Source of the DNA: Octopus sinensis
Taxonomy: Eukaryota
NCBI RefSeq assembly: GCF_006345805.1
Contig: NW_021834055.1
Location: 1-27,105, forward strand
DNA length: 27,105 bases
Reading direction: 5' to 3'
The position numbers were made by a program, and so were the translations under genes. Under the pieces are notes generated by a model. That model did no database searches and was not told the origin of the DNA. It saw only the letters and a list, made by a program, of their open reading frames with translations. The stretch's first letter is position 1. The number at the start of each line of letters is the position of its first letter. Shown here piece after piece: positions 21,470-27,105 of the stretch.

Positions 21470-22010
21470 CTATAGATGTGTGTGTGTGTGTCGATGTGTA
21501 TATGCATATATATGTATGCATGTGTGTTCGAATGTTTGTTCTATGCATACACATACTCATACACACACGTACACGTAGACACACATACACGCGTAGACTC
21601 ACACATGGACGTACACACCGATTAAGATAGCGTCGTCCCGCCGCACCTCGGGGCTTTCCTCACAAAATTCAGGGCTGCTGCGAAATTTAAGGATGGGCCC
21701 ATTCTGATACTCACGGCCCCCACCTTGGTTCTTCCACACCCTTGATGGATGACAGGCTGTCCCCTTCCCTGTTACAACCCACATATATGTACTTTTATCT
21801 GTGTGTTGTGTGTGTGTGTGTGTGTGCGTGGGCATGCAATTATATATGTGTGTGTGAGCTCGCGCGTGTAAACATGCATGTATTATATATATATATAGTG
21901 TGTGTGTATGTGTGTGTGTGTTTGTGTGTGTGTCTGTGTACGTGTGTTTGTTCGTGTGTGTGTGCGTATGTATAAATAGATATATATATTTATATATTAT
22001 TTATATTATT
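21470..22010. repeat. (TG)/(CA)/(TA) tracts around a GC-richer island at 21606-21785
   Basis: Direct inspection. Confidence 0.85.
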
Positions 22011-22047
22011 ATATGATCCAACGCCACGCATCCTTTTCCAAGTATAT

Positions 22048-22570
22048 TGTCTTCTCTGTGTTTAAGCCTTAGCTGTATTTCGTCCGCCGTTACGTTCTGA
22101 GTTCAAATTTCGCCGAGGTCGACTTTGCCTTTCATCCTTTCGGGGTCGATTAAATAAGTACCAGTTACGCACTGGGGTCGATGTAATCGACTTAGTCCCT
22201 TGGTCTGTCCTTGTTTGTCTTCTCTGTGTTTAGCTCCTTGTGGGTAGTAAAGAAATAGGTATTTTGTCTGCCGTTACGTTCTGAGTTCAAATTCCGCCGA
22301 GGTCGACTTTGCCTTTCATCCTTTCGGGGTCGATAAATTAAGTACCAGTTACGCACTGGGGTTGATATAATCGACTTAATCCGCATGTCTGTCCTTGTTT
22401 GTCCCCTCTGTGTTTAGCCCCCTGTGGGCAGTAAAGAAATAGGTATTTCGTCTGCCGCTTCGTTCTGAGTTCATTTCTGCCGGGGGTCGACTTTGCCTTT
22501 CGTCCTTTGGGGGGTAGTCGATTAAATAAGTACCAGTTACGCACTGGGGTCGATGTAATCGACTTAATCC
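22048..22570 (+). repeat. Headless tandem array of the 184-bp SINE M module (starts 22075, 22259, 22443)
   Basis: gtattt(c/t)gtc.gccg.t.cgttctgagttca recurs at 184-bp intervals. Confidence 0.92.
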
Positions 22571-22581
22571 CACCCTTCATA

Positions 22582-22767
22582 AGGCGGCGAGCTGGCAGAA
22601 TCGTTAGCACGCTGGGCGAAATGCTTAGCGGTATTCCGTCTGTCTTTACGTTCTGAGTTCAAATTCCGCCGAGGTCAACTTTGCCTCTCATCCATTCTAG
22701 GGTCAATCTGATCGACTGGAGCTCTCCTCAAAGTATTCCGGGCTTTGTGCCTAAAGTAGAAAAGAAT
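22582..22767 (+). mobile_element. Monomer SINE family M (internally shortened)
   Basis: Complete head aggcggcgagctggcagaatcgttagcac; terminal gtagaaaagaat. Confidence 0.88.
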
Positions 22768-22825
22768 CGTTAGCACGCCGGGTCAGGCAGCGACGTCTAC
22801 AAACGATCCTCTATATAAATATGTA

Positions 22826-23754
22826 TCAGGTCATCCCATAAGTACTGTCCGAATTTTGAATAAAGAAAACAAATGATCAAATGTTATATTTAATTGAAAT
22901 GTAATCATCAATGTATTTTCCCTGATAATCTATGACTTACTTCCATCTATTTATAAGTTTTTTAACCCATCAATGTAAAACTCTTTTGGTTTCAAAGCGA
23001 AGAACTCTGAAATGTCAATTTCGACCTTCTCTTGGCCTGCGAAAGTTATTTCCCCCAAATGAGTCTGTAAACTACGAAACAAATGGTAGTCTGAAGGAGC
23101 AAGGTCGAGAGAATAAGGTGGATGAGGATTTTTTTCCCAACCAAGCTCTTCAATCTTGTGTGATGTAATCTTTGCAGTGTGGGGTCGCGTATTGTCCTGA
23201 TGAAACATCATTCCTTTTCGATTCACTAAACCGGGTCTATTTTTCTTCAAAGATTGGTTCAAACGCTCTAATTGCTGACAGTTGACTTGAACATTGATTG
23301 TTGCATTAGGTGGTAACAATTCAAAGTGAATTACTCCTTTGCAATCCCACAAGATAGAGAGAAGAAACTTTTTCCCATGAAGTTCCCTTCTCGGTTGTGA
23401 ATTTTACAAACTGTCTCCACTCTCTCCACTTCTGAATTTTGCAAACTATCTTCTGCAAGTTCTTTCATTCTAGCATTCTTTCCCATAAAGTGAATCGCTT
23501 CGACTGCAGAGTCTCCTTTTTTGCACTCATAAAGCAGTATGTACCTCAAATGTTCTTTGGGTACTTCCATGTTAGAAAAGGGTTTAATCAAAGAAATTTT
23601 AATGCTATTATTCTGTAAAATATTATTAAATTAGTTTAAATGTACACAGATGCATAAAAATAATTTTTAATTCCATTAGACTTTCTAAAATACCATTAGA
23701 TTTCATTCAATTTTAAAAAAGGTAAAATCGGACAAAACTTATGGGATGACCTGA
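22826..23754 (-). mobile_element. Internally deleted mariner (929 bp) with 27-bp TIRs
   Basis: TA-TCAGGTCATCCCATAAGTACTGTCCGA ... TCGGACAAAACTTATGGGATGACCTGA-TG; 2 mismatches between TIRs. Confidence 0.93.
22951..23570 (-). pseudogene. Mariner (DD34D) transposase remnant: N-terminus fused to the catalytic C-half
   Basis: MEVPKEHLRYILLYE.KKG, then WDCKGVIHFELL, HQDNTRPH and HPPYSLDLAPSDYHLFRSL. WVPHEL and the first catalytic D region are missing. Confidence 0.92.
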
Positions 23755-23758
23755 TGTG

Positions 23759-23789
<31 letters not shown>

Positions 23790-23870
23790 TTGTATGTATC
23801 TATGTATGTATGTATGTATGTATGTATGTATGTATGTATGTATGTATGTATGTATGTATGTATGTACATT
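23755..23870. repeat. (TG)/(TATG)n microsatellite
   Basis: Direct inspection. Confidence 0.95.
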
Positions 23871-23894
23871 GTTTATATCCGCTTTAGACTTTCT

Positions 23895-24025
23895 CCATGC
23901 ACACGTCTGCTGATTCGTTCTGAGTTCAAATCCCGCCGAATCCGACTTTCGGGGTCGATAAATTAAGAACCAGTTGCGTACTGGGGTCCTTCTAATCGAC
24001 TGGCCCCCTCCTCCAAAATTTCAGA
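23895..24025 (+). mobile_element. SINE family M fragment
   Basis: gttctgagttcaaatcccgccga..ttcggggtcgataaattaag.accagttgcgtactgggg. Confidence 0.85.
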
Positions 24026-24125
24026 AAAGGTTATTTATAGTTTCATACGCACTTCGATATCAAAATTCTAACACCGGAATTCTTTCGAAAGTTCATACGT
24101 TCTTATGACATCAGCAATATAGATA

Positions 24126-24420
24126 CTGTTTGTTCCTTCTCGAGCCATATCTAGCTCCTAAGGGCCGGTTTACCGGTCTCCTTGGCGTATAGGTTCCCCT
24201 CCTGGACGGGACGCCGGTCCGTCGCAGGTGAGCTGCAAGATGCAGGAGGAAAGAGTGAGAGAAAGTTGTGGCAAAAGAGTCAGCAGAAGTTCGGCATTAC
24301 CTTCTGCCGGAGCCGCGTGGAGCTTCGCTCATAAACACACACATCGCCCGGTTTGAGATTCGAACCCGCGATCCCTCGACCATGAGTCAGCTGCTCTAAC
24401 CACTAGGCCATGTGCCTCTA
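24126..24420 (-). mobile_element. tRNA-derived SINE with family T head and a different tail, 11-bp TSD
   Basis: A box TGGCCTAGTGG, B box GGTTCGAATC; caatatagata at 24115-24125 and 24421-24431. Confidence 0.9.
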
Positions 24421-24440
24421 CAATATAGATATATGTATAT

Positions 24441-24559
24441 ACTTGACGAAGAGCTCCGCTCGAAACGTCATACCTCCCTGCTTCCATTTCCTGAGCGCCT
24501 ATTAATAATAATACTGTAATTGTTCCATGCTGTTGTTTTTTTGTTTTCCGTTTGGATTA

Positions 24560-24560
<1 letters not shown>
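24441..24560 (+). mobile_element. Related hammerhead-bearing element (third copy/subfamily)
   Basis: TTGACGA-A-GAGC-TCC-GCTC-GAAA-CG-TC; downstream ttcctgagcg is shared with the 15343 and 16697 copies. Confidence 0.55.
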
Positions 24561-24647
<87 letters not shown>

Positions 24648-24780
24648 TATAATATATGTATATATGTATATATATATATATATAATATATATATATATTA
24701 TAATATATATTATATATATATAATATATATATATATATAGATATATATTATACATATGTATGTATGTATGTATATGATCC
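24560..24780. repeat. (TA)n-rich tract
   Basis: Direct inspection. Confidence 0.95.
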
Positions 24781-24950
24781 TTTGTAGATTTAGCTACCTG
24801 GCCAGTTTTCCAGTGACCATGTGGTTTCTGTTGAATAGCTGATCAGTGGAGCGCGTCGACATATTTTACGGAAACCTCTGGTCTCTCATAAACATGGGAA
24901 GATTTGAACCCCAAGCTGACCCCTTAAACCGGCCTACCCCACTAAGAGAG

Positions 24951-24991
<41 letters not shown>

Positions 24992-25286
24992 TTCTTTTAT
25001 TCTTTTATTCGTTTCAGTCATTTGACTGCGGCCTTGCTGGAGCACCGCTTTTAGTCGAACAAATCGACCCCAAGGCTTATACTTTGTAAGCCTAGTACTT
25101 ATTCTAGCGATAATGCGGGACAAACACACACACACACACACACACATACGACGAGCTTCTTTCAGTCCACTCACAAGGCTTTGGTCGGCCCGAGGCTATA
25201 GTAGAAGACTCCCAAGTTGGCACGCAGTGGGACTGGACCCGGAAGCATGGTAAGCAAGCTACTTACCACCCAGCCATTCCTGTGCC
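24992..25286 (-). mobile_element. SINE family C with internal deletions
   Basis: Reverse head, CORE-like domain, (TG)n and tail. Confidence 0.9.
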
Positions 25287-25292
25287 GTATAT

Positions 25293-25335
<43 letters not shown>

Positions 25336-25436
25336 GGTGCCCCAGCATGGCCACAGCTTATGAGCTGAAACTAAATAAAATAAAATAAAATAAAATAAAA
25401 AAATAAGTGTGTGTGTGTGTGTATGTATATATATAT

Positions 25437-25835
25437 ATTCTTTTCTACTCTAGGCACAAGGCCCGAAATTTTGGGGGTGAGAACCAGTCGATTAGATCTA
25501 CCCCATTACGCAACTGGTACTTTATTTATCGACCCCGAAAGGATGAAAGGTAAAGTCCACCTCGGTGGAATTTGAACTGAGAACGTAAAGGCCCACAAAA
25601 TACCCATTTCTTTACTACCCACAAGGGGCTAATCATAGAGGGGACAAACAAGAACAGACAAACGGATTAAGTCGATTACATCGACCCCAGTGCTTAACTG
25701 GCACTTATTTAATCGGCCCCGAAAGGGTGAAAGGCAAAGTCGACCTCGGCGGAATTTGAACTCAGAACGTAACGGCAGACGAAATACCGCTAAGTATTTC
25801 GCCCGGCGTGCTAACATTCTGCCAGCCCGCCGCCT
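25437..25835 (-). mobile_element. Dimer-type SINE family M
   Basis: Reverse complement of the same head + module + terminal module layout as 11687-12064. Confidence 0.9.
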
Positions 25836-25839
25836 TTAA

Positions 25840-26488
25840 TGTATGTGTTTAATATATATATCATATATATATATAATATATATATATATAATATATAATT
25901 ATATTTATATATATATATATACACACACACACTCACACACACGTATACATATTTGTTTTATGTGTATATATACATACATATGTACTTACATACATACATA
26001 TATACGTACATGCATACATTCTTGGGTCCCAGAAGAAAATGCAATAATGGAGTACAAAAGTTAACTTAAGCCGGGCCGGAGTGAAACAGGCCACCCGAAT
26101 GACTCAGATACACCCCGAGTGTGTGTGTGCGTGTGTGCATGTACTAAGTTACTTTCGTATGTGTGCATATATCTAGAAATATGTGCTTTGTCATAATGTA
26201 CACATTACACAGTGACATACAAACATATCCACAGGTATATCCATACACGCACACACACTATAAAACGCGCGCGCGCACACAGAGACACGGACACAGACAC
26301 ACACAGACACACACACACACGCACACATTCACTTGACGAAGGTCGAATTTAAACTTTCATATCTTCTTTCCGGATTGTGTTTAACCCTCTCTCCTACAGT
26401 TTGCGTGTGTATATGTACGCATGTGTGTAACTTTATTTGTATGTATGTATGTTCGTCTGTATGTTTGTATGTATTTATGAATGTATGA

Positions 26489-26520
<32 letters not shown>

Positions 26521-26882
26521 TTGTATGTATGTATGTATGTATGTATGTATGATTTTAAATATGTTTGTATGTATGTATATATGTATATATGTTTGCATGT
26601 ATATTTGTATGTATGTTTGTATGTATGTATGTATGTATGTATGTATGCATGTATGTATGTATGTATGTATGTATGTTTGTATGTATGTATGTATGTATGT
26701 ATGTATGTATGTATATTTGTACGTATGTATGTACTTATGCGTGTGTATGTGTGCACGTATGTGTACATTTGTGTATATGTGTGTATGTATATGTGTGCAT
26801 ATACACTTCTGAGTGTGTGTGCGAACGCATCTGTGCTCTTGCATACGTTTTTGCCTGTGTGTAGAAGTGTGTGTGATATATG

Positions 26883-26928
<46 letters not shown>

Positions 26929-26990
26929 TGTGTGCGTGTGTGCATATGTGTGTGTGTGTGTCTGCCTGAGTGATATTATTATTATTATTC
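25840..26990. repeat. Large compound (TA)/(CA)/(TATG)n/(TG)n microsatellite field
   Basis: Direct inspection; source of the HTYI/MYVC pseudo-ORFs. Confidence 0.95.
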
Positions 26991-27105
26991 TGGGTATAAA
27001 TCCCATCAAACAGCAAGTTTATTTAAGGATTCATAACCCCTCTTCTTTCTCTCTCTCTCCTTCTCTCACTTTATCTCCTCATATTCAACTCTCCGCACAC
27101 ATCAC

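Noticed and set aside
22048-22570. CRISPR-like regular repeats
   Set aside because: Eukaryotic SINE modules with no unique spacers and no cas genes.

Overview
Eukaryotic, AT-rich, extremely repeat-dense DNA. The SINE families and microsatellite load resemble an octopus (coleoid cephalopod) genome; this is recognition from memory, not a database result. No intact protein-coding gene is visible, and most listed ORFs are microsatellite or antisense artefacts. The window holds about 20 copies or fragments of three tRNA-derived SINE families and three mariner relics. It also holds RTE, CR1 and Penelope-like (GIY-YIG) relics, two inverted Helitron/Helentron-like elements, a long-TIR MITE, two fold-back hairpins and several hammerhead-ribozyme-like motifs. 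One plausible host exon lies at 8578-8682 (+), and weaker exon and promoter candidates are also present. The most striking structure is a 2.5-kb element (17204-19746) with a Tx1/L1-like ORF1 and no ORF2. It sits in the tRNA head of a SINE with a perfect 16-bp target-site duplication (TSD) and itself carries a SINE with a 12-bp TSD. Coordinates were counted by hand and edges may be off by a few bases.
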